In this document: piece after piece, positions 41,311-50,730 of the stretch | How positions within the stretch are numbered: the first letter of the stretch is position 1 | Layout of the letters: every line of letters starts with the position of its first letter | Virus record (IMG/VR): IMGVR_UViG_3300003323_000540 | Coordinates: 1-64,000 of that record | Source: a virus | Direction: 5' to 3' (one strand) | DNA length: 64,000 nucleotides | The notes under the pieces: model-generated | The model's database searches: none | Told to the model about the DNA's origin: nothing | The model's input: the letters and a program-made list of their open reading frames with translations, nothing else | Position numbers and translations under genes: made by a program

Positions 41311-44300
41311 TTAAAAAATTTTCACATCAGTTTTGTCTACACTATAAATACAGTTCCTGTTGTTGAAGCTATCAAACTGTATTTTCCCATTCAGTATAAT
41401 TCCATTTCCATCTTTTCCGTCTACCAAAGTTTCATAATTTTTCCAGCAATCAGCCCACAATACAACATTAATTAAATCATTATTGTTGTCTATTGTCAAC
41501 TTAGCCATTTCCCCTTTCTTTGTCTTTACTTTCTTTATTTCGACTAAGAGACCGGCAACCACTACATGCTTATCTAAATTATCAGATAATTGTATTTTAT
41601 CGGCAGTTGCATAGTCACGATAATTAAAATCATTCTCATCTACTATTGTAGAGTAATCGAAAAATCCATATCCTGAAATTGATCTCTGCAATTTATACCA
41701 AAAGAATTCTTTCCATGCTTCTTTAGACTCTAATTCCTCTGGCAATTCAATACGCTGCAATTTACAAAACTCTCGAATCAAGTTTATTCTTTCTAATGGG
41801 TTTTTTATATTATGTAATTCATCAAAGCATCCAGAAAAAATAAGATGTTTTATTACTCTACTGTTTACTGATTTTCCTTTAATTCTTTGACAAAATTCTT
41901 CTAATGAAAAGAAGAATCCATTTTCAGTTCTTTCTTTAATGATCGCATTCAAAGATACTTCTCCTACTTGTTTTATTCTTCCAATTGACCAATAAATAGA
42001 ATTAGTATCCCAATCTGTATAAAATGTTTCTCGTGACTTGTTAATATCTGGAGGTTGCAATTTTATACCTTCAAATTTATTTATTTCACTTATTCTTTTT
42101 GTTATTTCATCATCGTTTGCGTATTGAAGTGATATAGTCCAAAATTGCATTGGATAGTAATACTTTAACCAAGCCGTTTGATAACCTATTAAAGAGTAAG
42201 CAACCGCGTGAGACAAATTAAAACTGTAACCAGCAAACGCTTCAATCTTATTCCAAATCTTATTTGCTTCAAATTCTGGACAACCATTTTTTATTGCACC
42301 TGCTACAAATTTATCTTTGTAGCTTTTCATTTTTTCAAGATCTTTTTTACCTGTAGCCTTTCTTACTCCATCTCCCTCTTCCAAAGTAAGTCCACCAACT
42401 TTTTGTGTTATAAAGATCGCTTGTTCTTGAAATACGTATAAACCAAACGTGTTCTTAGTCAATTCTTCTGTTCCCCAATCATATTCCGGTTTCTTTTTAC
42501 CATGCTTTAATTTTACATATTCATGGTGCGCCCCACTATCCATTGGGCCTGGACGATAGAGAGAAGTAATTGTGGCTAATTCAATAATTGTTTCGGGCTT
42601 TACATCTCTACAATAGGCCGTTAAACCATCAGTAGTAAATTGGAATACATCTTGTGTAAGACCTTTGGAAAATAGATCATAAATACTTTTATCAGTTAAA
42701 TCTATCTCCTGTAAATTTATTTTTTCACCTGTTTTTTCTTTGATTAGATCAATTATATCGTGAATCTTATCTAACTGACTTAATCCCAAAATATCCGCTT
42801 TTAGAAAGCCTGATTCATCTAATGGAGCGCCTTCCCATTCACTTACTATATAACCATCAATAATTTTACATGGAAACCAATCATAAATCTGTTTTTCCTT
42901 TGGAGTAATGATAATTCCAGAAGCATGGATGGAGGTATTTTTTGGTTGATTTAGGATTAAATCAATGTCATTTATTGCATTTGAATGAGTATTGAAATAG
43001 TTCTTCAATTTCTCATTTAATCCAGCTTCTTGGAAAAGAGATGTTATATCGCCATCACTTTTTTCTTCAAATATTTTCGAGTAGTAATTTATATTAGCTG
43101 GTTCTTCTCCATTAAATCTTAATATTTCTCTGAAAGCCGCTTTTGTTTTTAATACACCAAATGTTCCAATAGAGCTTACATTATGTTCTCCAAATCGTTC
43201 CTTCATGTATTGGAGGATTGTATCTCTATATCTTGATTCATAGTCATTATCTGCATCCGGCAATCCCTTTCCTACGCGACTTCTATTAAGAAAGCGCTCA
43301 AAGATCAAATTGTATTCCAGTGCATCTACTTTTGTTACATTGCAGAAATAAGCTATTAAAGAGCCTCCGATTGAACCTCTTCCAGTTCCAACAAAAATTC
43401 CATTCTCTTCGCACCAATTATTTATATCCCTGACTATCAAGAAATAATCTTGAAAGTTTCCTAAAGAAATAATTTCATATTCACTTTCAATTCTTGCTAT
43501 ATATTTATCTAAATCTTTTCCTTTTTGAATTACTCGCTTTTCTAGTCCCTCATTTATAACGTGCCAAAATAATTGCTCACTATCTGTGAATCCTGCCGCG
43601 ATTTCTTTTTCACTTAATGGATATTTTGGCAAATGTATTTGTCCAGTTTTTACTTTGAAAGTACATCCATCAACTATTTGATTTGTTCCATTTAATGCAC
43701 TTTCTAGTATTTCTATTGCGAATTCTTCCCCCTTTGAATTAAATAGTGTAATAGATTGCTCTATTATCTCCTCTAAAGATTTGAAATGTTGATCATCTGA
43801 TTGATAGTAGAATTCTCCTTTTCCTATGAAGTGAAGTATTTTCTTTACTCTACTATCTTCTTTATCCAAATAATAAGAATCGGTTATTAAAGCAAGCGGA
43901 ATCTCCTTGTAATTATTTAAACAATTTTTAAGGCAATTAAGGCAATGAAGATCTCTTTGAGGCGATTTGTATTCTACTGGATCATATTGAAAGTATATTC
44001 CAACAAATTTGGCATGGAATAATTCTGATACTATTGCATCATTTAACATTGTATCATTTTGAATGACTGCGTACAATCCTTCACTATGATCAATTAAAAA
44101 CGAATACTCTACATTTTGACCACTGTTATCAATGTTGATTCTCTTATGTATCTTAAGAAGATTTTCCCAACCACGTTCATTAGAAACATAAAGTTTTAAT
44201 TTAAAATCTTCCTTGCCTTTGCTTACTTGGATTGTTTCACCAAGAATAGGCTTTATTTTTGATTTAAGGCAGGCATTTTGGAATTTGAGTATTCCTGCAA

Positions 44301-44712
44301 GTGTATGCTTTTCGCTTAATCCTAGAGCCTCTATGCCAAGCCATTTAGCTTTTTCACACCAATCTTCATATCGTTTACTACCAATGCATAATTCATATCC
44401 GCCGTGTATACCAAGATGTGGAAAGCCAGCTATATCTTTAGCTGAACCTACATATTTTAGCTTATTCAACTTTACTTTATCTTCTTCTATTGGCGTATAA
44501 TATACTTTGCCACCAAAATAGAAACAGAAATAGTGGAAATCTATTTCCGGCAATTCAGTATTATCTAAAATAAGATTAAATTCTGAATCGAATATTTTGC
44601 CTTCTACTGGCGAAACACAAACATATACTTTGTCTTGAAGTTTAAAATGACTCTCCGTTATCCAATCAACTGAAAGATTGTTGGATTCTATCCACGATTT
44701 AATTTCTTGCAT
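41311..44712 (-). CDS. dnaE: DNA polymerase III alpha subunit (DnaE-type)
   Basis: 1133 aa with an N-terminal PHP domain (HLGIHGGYEL). Palm/fingers motifs are GRGSIGGSLIAYFCNVTKVDALEYNLIFERFLN, LPDADNDY and FLKADILGLSQLDKI. A C-terminal OB region is present. Confidence 0.9.
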   Translation of the reverse strand: MQEIKSWIESNNLSVDWITESHFKLQDKVYVCVSPVEGKIFDSEFNLILDNTELPEIDFHYFCFYFGGKVYYTPIEEDKVKLNKLKYVGSAKDIAGFPHLGIHGGYELCIGSKRYEDWCEKAKWLGIEALGLSEKHTLAGILKFQNACLKSKIKPILGETIQVSKGKEDFKLKLYVSNERGWENLLKIHKRINIDNSGQNVEYSFLIDHSEGLYAVIQNDTMLNDAIVSELFHAKFVGIYFQYDPVEYKSPQRDLHCLNCLKNCLNNYKEIPLALITDSYYLDKEDSRVKKILHFIGKGEFYYQSDDQHFKSLEEIIEQSITLFNSKGEEFAIEILESALNGTNQIVDGCTFKVKTGQIHLPKYPLSEKEIAAGFTDSEQLFWHVINEGLEKRVIQKGKDLDKYIARIESEYEIISLGNFQDYFLIVRDINNWCEENGIFVGTGRGSIGGSLIAYFCNVTKVDALEYNLIFERFLNRSRVGKGLPDADNDYESRYRDTILQYMKERFGEHNVSSIGTFGVLKTKAAFREILRFNGEEPANINYYSKIFEEKSDGDITSLFQEAGLNEKLKNYFNTHSNAINDIDLILNQPKNTSIHASGIIITPKEKQIYDWFPCKIIDGYIVSEWEGAPLDESGFLKADILGLSQLDKIHDIIDLIKEKTGEKINLQEIDLTDKSIYDLFSKGLTQDVFQFTTDGLTAYCRDVKPETIIELATITSLYRPGPMDSGAHHEYVKLKHGKKKPEYDWGTEELTKNTFGLYVFQEQAIFITQKVGGLTLEEGDGVRKATGKKDLEKMKSYKDKFVAGAIKNGCPEFEANKIWNKIEAFAGYSFNLSHAVAYSLIGYQTAWLKYYYPMQFWTISLQYANDDEITKRISEINKFEGIKLQPPDINKSRETFYTDWDTNSIYWSIGRIKQVGEVSLNAIIKERTENGFFFSLEEFCQRIKGKSVNSRVIKHLIFSGCFDELHNIKNPLERINLIREFCKLQRIELPEELESKEAWKEFFWYKLQRSISGYGFFDYSTIVDENDFNYRDYATADKIQLSDNLDKHVVVAGLLVEIKKVKTKKGEMAKLTIDNNNDLINVVLWADCWKNYETLVDGKDGNGIILNGKIQFDSFNNRNCIYSVDKTDVKIF

Positions 44713-45444
44713 TTATATGGTTCTCATTATTTCCAGCCATCTCTTACAAAGAAGAGTTACATATATCGAGTTTTCTAATCCATAATTTCCTATCGAAAAT
44801 CCATCATTTACTTCTATCAGAATTGTATCATAATAATTATGTTTTTTATTATATTCAATTCCAAAATCTATGGCATATCCAGATGGAGCATCTTTATAAT
44901 CTAATATCGCATGCTTAATTATATCTACATCTGGAAATATTGTAAAATCTCCAGCATAATGCTTTATTCCTTTTAATTCTCCTTCTATAACATAGCATCT
45001 GTATTCCGATATAATATTGACAACTTCGGAAGTCATTGCTTTTGTTTCTAAAGGCAAATCATGAAAGAAAGTAAGGTGTTTGGCATTGCTTACAACACCA
45101 GCAACGAATTCTTTACTTTTCCCATTCGGCTTTACAAATATTGGAAACTTATCTGTTTTTAAAAATTCACCGATTGTCATATACTCAATAGTTCTTTGAG
45201 CATATTTCATTAAACAACTTGGAATATTAATAGCTTGTTTTGGAGGCAATCCAAGTTTTTGAAAAAATGCATTAGTATTTTCTATTGATGCTACTAATAT
45301 AACATTCTTTCTTACCGGAACTTCTTCAATATTTTCAAAAAAGAAAATATTGGCTTGTCTGTCTCTAAATCCTAAATAAGCTGAAACAGCCCAATCATCA
45401 AATGGAAATCCATTTAAGGATTGAATATAAATTTCATAATTCAT
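44713..45444 (-). CDS. ATP-grasp fold protein (R2K/DUF4343-like)
   Basis: PIFVKPNGKSKEFVAGVV, SEYRCYVIEGELKGIKHY and ILIEVNDGFSIGNYGL give the K-loop, the central beta-hairpin and the E-x-N Mg site of ATP-grasp enzymes. Confidence 0.5.
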   Translation of the reverse strand: MNYEIYIQSLNGFPFDDWAVSAYLGFRDRQANIFFFENIEEVPVRKNVILVASIENTNAFFQKLGLPPKQAINIPSCLMKYAQRTIEYMTIGEFLKTDKFPIFVKPNGKSKEFVAGVVSNAKHLTFFHDLPLETKAMTSEVVNIISEYRCYVIEGELKGIKHYAGDFTIFPDVDIIKHAILDYKDAPSGYAIDFGIEYNKKHNYYDTILIEVNDGFSIGNYGLENSIYVTLLCKRWLEIMRTI

Positions 45445-45698
45445 TTCTTCTCGAAATATTTCATTGCAATATAATGCATACCTATAGATCCTATAACAGA
45501 GCCTACTAGATATGTTATCATTAAATCAATTCTATTGAAATTTAATACAACTTGTCTAATAACTAAAAGCCAGATCCCATTTGAAAGCGTTGCGGCGATT
45601 CCATGATATAAAATTGATTTGCTATTGCGTGCACGACTTACCAAAGTAAAACTTGCATTTTGCAAGATTACTAACAGAAGCATTTTGATTATTTCCAT
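45441..45698 (-). CDS. small three-TM membrane protein
   Basis: 85 aa, hydrophobic. 4- and 10-nt overlaps. Confidence 0.5.
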   Translation of the reverse strand: MEIIKMLLLVILQNASFTLVSRARNSKSILYHGIAATLSNGIWLLVIRQVVLNFNRIDLMITYLVGSVIGSIGMHYIAMKYFEKK

Positions 45699-46849
45699 TT
45701 ATGTAAATATTTTTTGAATTTGTGTTTATGATGTTTTTTAGTCTCTTCTTCATTGTCGAAGTCATTGGTTACTGCCCACCAGCATACTCCAACATTTACT
45801 AAAACCGTAAGTATAAATATCCACACGGTTTGCTTCATTGTAGGCTCAATAGTTAAATAATCAAAATCATGAAAATTCTTTCTTTCATAGTTTTTCTTTA
45901 TTTCTACATTGGTGAAATCAATTATTTCTGAAAGATTCAATGTATTTCCTATTTGATCTTCAATGTGAGTTCTGATATCAACTTTTGAATCCTCTCTGTC
46001 AGTCCAAGAGAAATCATATCCCCATTTTATAACATTGTTACTATCAACGCCAATGCAAATTACAAATTCATTCTTGTTTCCGCCTTCCCAATAGTTTTCT
46101 TGCATTATTGCCGCTTCACGCGGCTTGTTTTTAAAGACTAGTATGAATACATGAATTTGTTTTGTAGAACCAAATCTTGAATTTAAAATCTCCAGCTTCT
46201 TTTCTGCATAGCTGTCATTGTATCCAAGAATAACTCTTTGCTTATATAAATTATAGATCGCCGGATACTCATACAGACCATATTGTTTTATTTCACTTGT
46301 ATCTGGTTTATCAAAGTGATAAACATTAACGCAAGCTTTTGGCCTATTTTCATATCCATTTGGAATAACAACTGATTCTAATGTTTGATCTTCGCCCCTC
46401 CAAGCACCATAATACATATCTCCATCATTGGTGTAATAGTCACGATGGAGGTCTTTAAATACAGCATCCACCTTAAATTGGCGTAGCAATCTATTGTATT
46501 CTTCTCTTGAGATATTAAATCTTCCTAGCGTAGTTTCAGCAGTCCAATATTCTGGATGATAAGATACATAAGAACAATCATAAAAACATGTAGATTTTCC
46601 ACAAGGACGCGAGCAAGTTCTGTGGATATATTCATTCCAATCTTGAAAATACCGCACTTCCTTTACATATCCTCCCAAATATTCAACATCATATGTAAGG
46701 GAGTTGATGCAAATTAATTTTGCGATCAATATGAAGATTACACTGGAAATGATGGGAACGGTTAGTTCCCACCATACTATATTTCGTCTAAAAAAGGCTA
46801 CTAGTATTATTGCAGCCAATAACGGAATTAAAAAGCAAAAGTAGACCAT
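45689..46849 (-). CDS. Cys-rich membrane protein (2 N-terminal TM, 1 C-terminal TM)
   Basis: N-terminal TM helices, an extracytoplasmic domain with CSRPCGKSTCFYDC, and a C-terminal TM segment VWIFILTVLVNVGVCWWAV followed by a basic tail. Confidence 0.55.
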   Translation of the reverse strand: MVYFCFLIPLLAAIILVAFFRRNIVWWELTVPIISSVIFILIAKLICINSLTYDVEYLGGYVKEVRYFQDWNEYIHRTCSRPCGKSTCFYDCSYVSYHPEYWTAETTLGRFNISREEYNRLLRQFKVDAVFKDLHRDYYTNDGDMYYGAWRGEDQTLESVVIPNGYENRPKACVNVYHFDKPDTSEIKQYGLYEYPAIYNLYKQRVILGYNDSYAEKKLEILNSRFGSTKQIHVFILVFKNKPREAAIMQENYWEGGNKNEFVICIGVDSNNVIKWGYDFSWTDREDSKVDIRTHIEDQIGNTLNLSEIIDFTNVEIKKNYERKNFHDFDYLTIEPTMKQTVWIFILTVLVNVGVCWWAVTNDFDNEEETKKHHKHKFKKYLHKWK

Positions 46850-47382
46850 TAATTAAATGGGTTTGCATTGTCATCTTTTCCGTTAATAAATACTTTTTCT
46901 GTTTCTGCAGAAGTAACGATCTTTAATTCAGGAACATCTTTGCCACCTAAAAACAATGTCGCCGGAAATACTCCAATTAAGTCTTTAAGCTCTTTATGAA
47001 TTGAAATTAACTTCTTTTGATTATTTGTAAATTTTTCCCGCTGTGATTCAATTGTATTCATCAACTGTTTATACAAGCTTGGATCAAGATTTGGATTCGA
47101 TTCGGTTATCCATTGCATCATCTTACCAGATCCCTCCTTATATCTGGCATCCATAATTTCAGTATAAATATTTTCGAAATCACTGGAATATTTCTCACTA
47201 ACTTTTGCTTGTCCAAAAATAACTTTCTTCATTTCATCGTGGATAGCTTTATCAACTGATACTTGGGCATCATATTGATTTTTTAATCTTACATATTGAT
47301 TGTTGTAAGAAATGTAAAGGAAGATTCCTAAAGATGCTACAGTAAATATAACTACTGTAAATAAAATGGCAAATAATTTCAT
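46849..47382 (-). CDS. LemA family membrane protein
   Basis: N-terminal TM, then YNNQYVRLKNQYDAQVSVDKA. ESNPNLDPSLYKQLMNTIESQREKFTNNQKKLISIHKELKDLIGVFPATLFLGG follows the LemA pattern E.YP.Lk....f..Lq..l...E..i...R..yN.....yN..i..fP....a...G. Confidence 0.55.
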   Translation of the reverse strand: MKLFAILFTVVIFTVASLGIFLYISYNNQYVRLKNQYDAQVSVDKAIHDEMKKVIFGQAKVSEKYSSDFENIYTEIMDARYKEGSGKMMQWITESNPNLDPSLYKQLMNTIESQREKFTNNQKKLISIHKELKDLIGVFPATLFLGGKDVPELKIVTSAETEKVFINGKDDNANPFN

Positions 47383-47411
47383 AATAAATTCTCGTTTAAG
47401 TTTTAAATTTT

Positions 47412-48035
47412 TTAAAGTATTCGACTTATATCGTCTTGATGCAAAGGTATAATGTTTCCCGTTTCTTTGAAATAAATATCAGCATTTTTGTTCTCCATAT
47501 CATATCTTTTTAACACTCCTATGCCATTGTTTCTACAATTGAATGTATTTCCTGGATAGTAGTAATAAAATTCATCTGTTTTACGATGATCGGCTCTTTT
47601 AACTTGTTCTAAGGAAAGAACGGATGTTAATTTACTTCCGGCAACTAATACTGTTATTTCTTTTTTACTCTTGTTTACGTGTTCGCTGATTGCGTATTCT
47701 CCCGAATCTATGATTTCTACTACTGTCCCTCTGAAAGGAAATAATAGTTGTTCATCAGTAACATTTAAAATGTTATAGATAAGTTTTGGGAAACCAAACT
47801 TTGGAACTATATCCTGCCATACGCGAATATATTCTTCGCCATCATCAAGAATATTTTCTAATCTATTTTTCTTTGAAAGAGTTCTGATTGCATCTTCTTT
47901 CTGATACATCTTGTCTTTAAAGTAATCTTTATCACCTCTATGAATATAAATCTGGCTTCTTATTTCCAAGCAAATATATTCTTGTTGTAAAGCTTTGAAA
48001 AAATCATGTGTTGATATATCCCTTGTTTTTGTCAT
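47412..48035 (-). CDS. hypothetical protein
   Basis: Minus-strand ORF with a 4-nt overlap with the primase gene. No motif recognised. Confidence 0.55.
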   Translation of the reverse strand: MTKTRDISTHDFFKALQQEYICLEIRSQIYIHRGDKDYFKDKMYQKEDAIRTLSKKNRLENILDDGEEYIRVWQDIVPKFGFPKLIYNILNVTDEQLLFPFRGTVVEIIDSGEYAISEHVNKSKKEITVLVAGSKLTSVLSLEQVKRADHRKTDEFYYYYPGNTFNCRNNGIGVLKRYDMENKNADIYFKETGNIIPLHQDDISRIL

Positions 48036-49012
48036 TCTAAATTACTGTGAAGATGTGTCATGTTAAACTCCAAATACCCTACTGAATTATCCATTAATTC
48101 CAACGTCTCATCTCTATTAAGATCATTTGGATCTTTACCATTCAAATATCCTACTTTAATATTAAAATAAAGGGATGCCGTTGCAGCTATATCTTTTACT
48201 ATTTCTAATACATCCGATTCAAACCATAACCAGATATTTTTTACTCCCTTTCTTTTTAATAATTCAATCTGATAAATTGAAAGTTTTGCTCCAAAAGTTG
48301 CACAACATTTTATCTCATCTATTTCGTAGAGCGACAGATTCACATCTGTTTTAGTCTTACTAAAAAGACCTTCTACTAAAATAACATCCGTTGTCTTTCC
48401 CTCAACAATTTCATCTAATCCAAACAGCATTTTTGCAAAATCTGTCTTTGAATTATTGTATCGTAAATATACTTGTTTATTGTCTTTATTTTTCTTGTTA
48501 AAATTGTCGATCCACTCTTTACTTTTCTTAGATCTACTTATGTAACCGGTAAGTTTATGATTTTGATAAATTAATATTGTAACATAATCTTTATGAATTA
48601 AAGATGTGCCAACATGATATTTTTCAAATTGTTCATCGGTGAATCCGCGCTCCCTTAAATATTCATCATCATACGCTCTCCTCCATAGCATTGGAGGCTG
48701 AATTTCTTCTAAAGACAAATCTAAACTTGGATTGCTTATTTCCAGATCTCCAACCAATTTCTCTTGAACATCGAAATCAAATTCGGACACAAATTCTTTT
48801 GTTCTTCCTAAATATTTTAAAAGAGTGAAAATGTTGAAGTGTGCTCCACATTTATTTTTTCTGTTACAAGCAGATGGATGATTGTCTTCTTGAAGAAGGA
48901 GGTAGAATTCGTTTTCCCCGCACATTGGACAAATAGCATAAACATATTTGCCATTTGAACTTTTGCCGGTTATACTAAGTAATGAAGAAAGTTGATTATA
49001 ACTTAATTTCAT
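48032..49012 (-). CDS. DNA primase (zinc finger + TOPRIM, DnaG/T7 gp4-like)
   Basis: CPMCGENEF...ACNRKNKCGAHFN is the zinc-binding domain. DVILVEGLFSK provides the TOPRIM Glu and IWLWFESDV the acidic cluster. Confidence 0.7.
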   Translation of the reverse strand: MKLSYNQLSSLLSITGKSSNGKYVYAICPMCGENEFYLLLQEDNHPSACNRKNKCGAHFNIFTLLKYLGRTKEFVSEFDFDVQEKLVGDLEISNPSLDLSLEEIQPPMLWRRAYDDEYLRERGFTDEQFEKYHVGTSLIHKDYVTILIYQNHKLTGYISRSKKSKEWIDNFNKKNKDNKQVYLRYNNSKTDFAKMLFGLDEIVEGKTTDVILVEGLFSKTKTDVNLSLYEIDEIKCCATFGAKLSIYQIELLKRKGVKNIWLWFESDVLEIVKDIAATASLYFNIKVGYLNGKDPNDLNRDETLELMDNSVGYLEFNMTHLHSNLE

Positions 49013-49020
49013 TTCTTTGA

Positions 49021-49680
49021 TTAAATATGATGATCGTAAGGCAAAGAAATGTCGCTCACATGTCGCAAGCTCATAATTCTCATTACATCAAAAAATGAAT
49101 ACGGTTTATAATCGTTTCCATCTACTCCTACATCCATAGCTTTTCCTTTCATTATCTTAGCGCCTTTAGAAAGGTGTACGTGACCAAATAGATGAATAAC
49201 ACCTCTCTTCATATCTTTCCAGCTGCATACCGGATAATGGTTCAAAAAGAATCTTTGCTTCTCATTCAATCCCATATTTCTCAAGGATCTGTAATTCAGC
49301 TCAAGTTCAAGATTTCCGATTGAAATGCCCGCGAATAGTTCTTGAATATTATCCTTGTTTCTCTCTATATGATGATCATGATTTCCGAGAACTATGTAGA
49401 TATTCTTGCAAGTCAATCTTTCTCTAAATTTCCTGATATTATCAAATCCATTAAAGCTCCAATCTCCTAAATGGAATAATGTATCATCTGGAAGAACTAC
49501 GGCATTAATATTATTAACTAATACGGTATTCATTTCTTCCAAAGAGTTGAATTGTCTTTGACCCTTACTTTCATTGTCTTCACTCCATTCAGAAGTTGCT
49601 GAACAAATATTTTTATGATCATAATGAGTATCGGAGGTAAACCAGACATTGGAGCCTGGCAGAACATTTATTTTAAGCAT
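49021..49680 (-). CDS. calcineurin-like metallophosphoesterase (lambda-phosphatase/Pnkp-phosphatase-like)
   Basis: FTSDTHYDH, HLGDWSFNG, LGNHDHH, LNHYP and LFGHVH are motifs I-V in order. 219 aa. Confidence 0.7.
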   Translation of the reverse strand: MLKINVLPGSNVWFTSDTHYDHKNICSATSEWSEDNESKGQRQFNSLEEMNTVLVNNINAVVLPDDTLFHLGDWSFNGFDNIRKFRERLTCKNIYIVLGNHDHHIERNKDNIQELFAGISIGNLELELNYRSLRNMGLNEKQRFFLNHYPVCSWKDMKRGVIHLFGHVHLSKGAKIMKGKAMDVGVDGNDYKPYSFFDVMRIMSLRHVSDISLPYDHHI

Positions 49681-50116
49681 ATTTCGTTTTGTCTATTTTA
49701 TCGTAATTCCTTTTCATATCTCTTATTACTCTAAAGGGTATCCATTTACCTGTCTTTAAATACCTACGTATATTTCTAATATAGGATTTAATTAGACTGC
49801 AATCAAAGAACATTACTCTAACTGTATATCCCTTAGGGCACTTTTTAATCAATTCATTTATATACTTCTCTTTGCAATTAGTATTATCAATAATAATATT
49901 CAATTTGCAGCCAATCGAAAGATCAAGATGTTTGTCAAATACCCTAGTAACTTCTTTCTCATTTTCATGAGTATGCACATATGGCGTCATGAAAAAACTT
50001 GCTCTTATATCATCTCTACTAATAATATAGTAACAATGAGCATACCTATAATTTTTAGCAAAAGAGCTTTTGCCGCTGCATGGTATTCCAGAAAGTATTA
50101 TTATTTCATTGTTCAT
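49673..50116 (-). CDS. P-loop polynucleotide 5'-kinase-like protein
   Basis: ILSGIPCSGKSSFAK is the P-loop, followed by IISRDDIRASF. This is the Asp/Arg pair arrangement seen in T4 Pnk (GSGKS ... D..R). Confidence 0.6.
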   Translation of the reverse strand: MNNEIIILSGIPCSGKSSFAKNYRYAHCYYIISRDDIRASFFMTPYVHTHENEKEVTRVFDKHLDLSIGCKLNIIIDNTNCKEKYINELIKKCPKGYTVRVMFFDCSLIKSYIRNIRRYLKTGKWIPFRVIRDMKRNYDKIDKTKYA

Positions 50117-50730
50117 ATACAGTACAATAAAGTTGGATTGTTTTTATGAACATCATATTGGCCCCCAAATACTTTTTGAAATGCATCCAGATTAAATGGA
50201 TTAGTTATCAAATGCCAGCCATTCTTGGTTTCAATTCTAGCAATGACTTTATATTTATTGTTACTTATTTGCTGTCTTTGATAATCATTAATCCACTCTT
50301 CAACAATATCAACTTGTTGTTGCATTTTGGTATCAATATCTACCAACCATCTTTTATCCATTTCATTATGGTAATTACCCAAAACAGAGTCATAAGCTTT
50401 TCTAATTCCATAGAAATCTTTATTAGACATTTGATTTGCAACTTTTTGTAAAAGCTGAAACGCCGCTTTTTCAAAGTTCCTTGGATTTAAATTAATACAA
50501 GCTCTAGCATTAAAAACTTCGCACAATTTGATCATTTCTTCTTTGTGCATAAAGAAATGCTCTACACTAGTAATATAATATGCCTTTATCAGTCTTGAAT
50601 TGTTGTTGCTTCCTCCAAGTCTGGTTCCTTGTGCATGATCTTTCTTCCTTTGCAAGATCTGAATGAAATAAAAAGTTTGATCATTCGGAAATTCCAAAAG
50701 TTTAGATATTTCATTGAAATTATCGATCAT
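50113..50730 (-). CDS. hypothetical protein with AEP/primase-polymerase-like motif order
   Basis: RWLVDIDTK (hhhDxD), ETKNGWHLITNPF (sG.H) and QYDVHKNNP (hD) occur in the order of archaeo-eukaryotic primase motifs I-III. Weak, by-eye assignment. Confidence 0.35.
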   Translation of the reverse strand: MIDNFNEISKLLEFPNDQTFYFIQILQRKKDHAQGTRLGGSNNNSRLIKAYYITSVEHFFMHKEEMIKLCEVFNARACINLNPRNFEKAAFQLLQKVANQMSNKDFYGIRKAYDSVLGNYHNEMDKRWLVDIDTKMQQQVDIVEEWINDYQRQQISNNKYKVIARIETKNGWHLITNPFNLDAFQKVFGGQYDVHKNNPTLLYCI

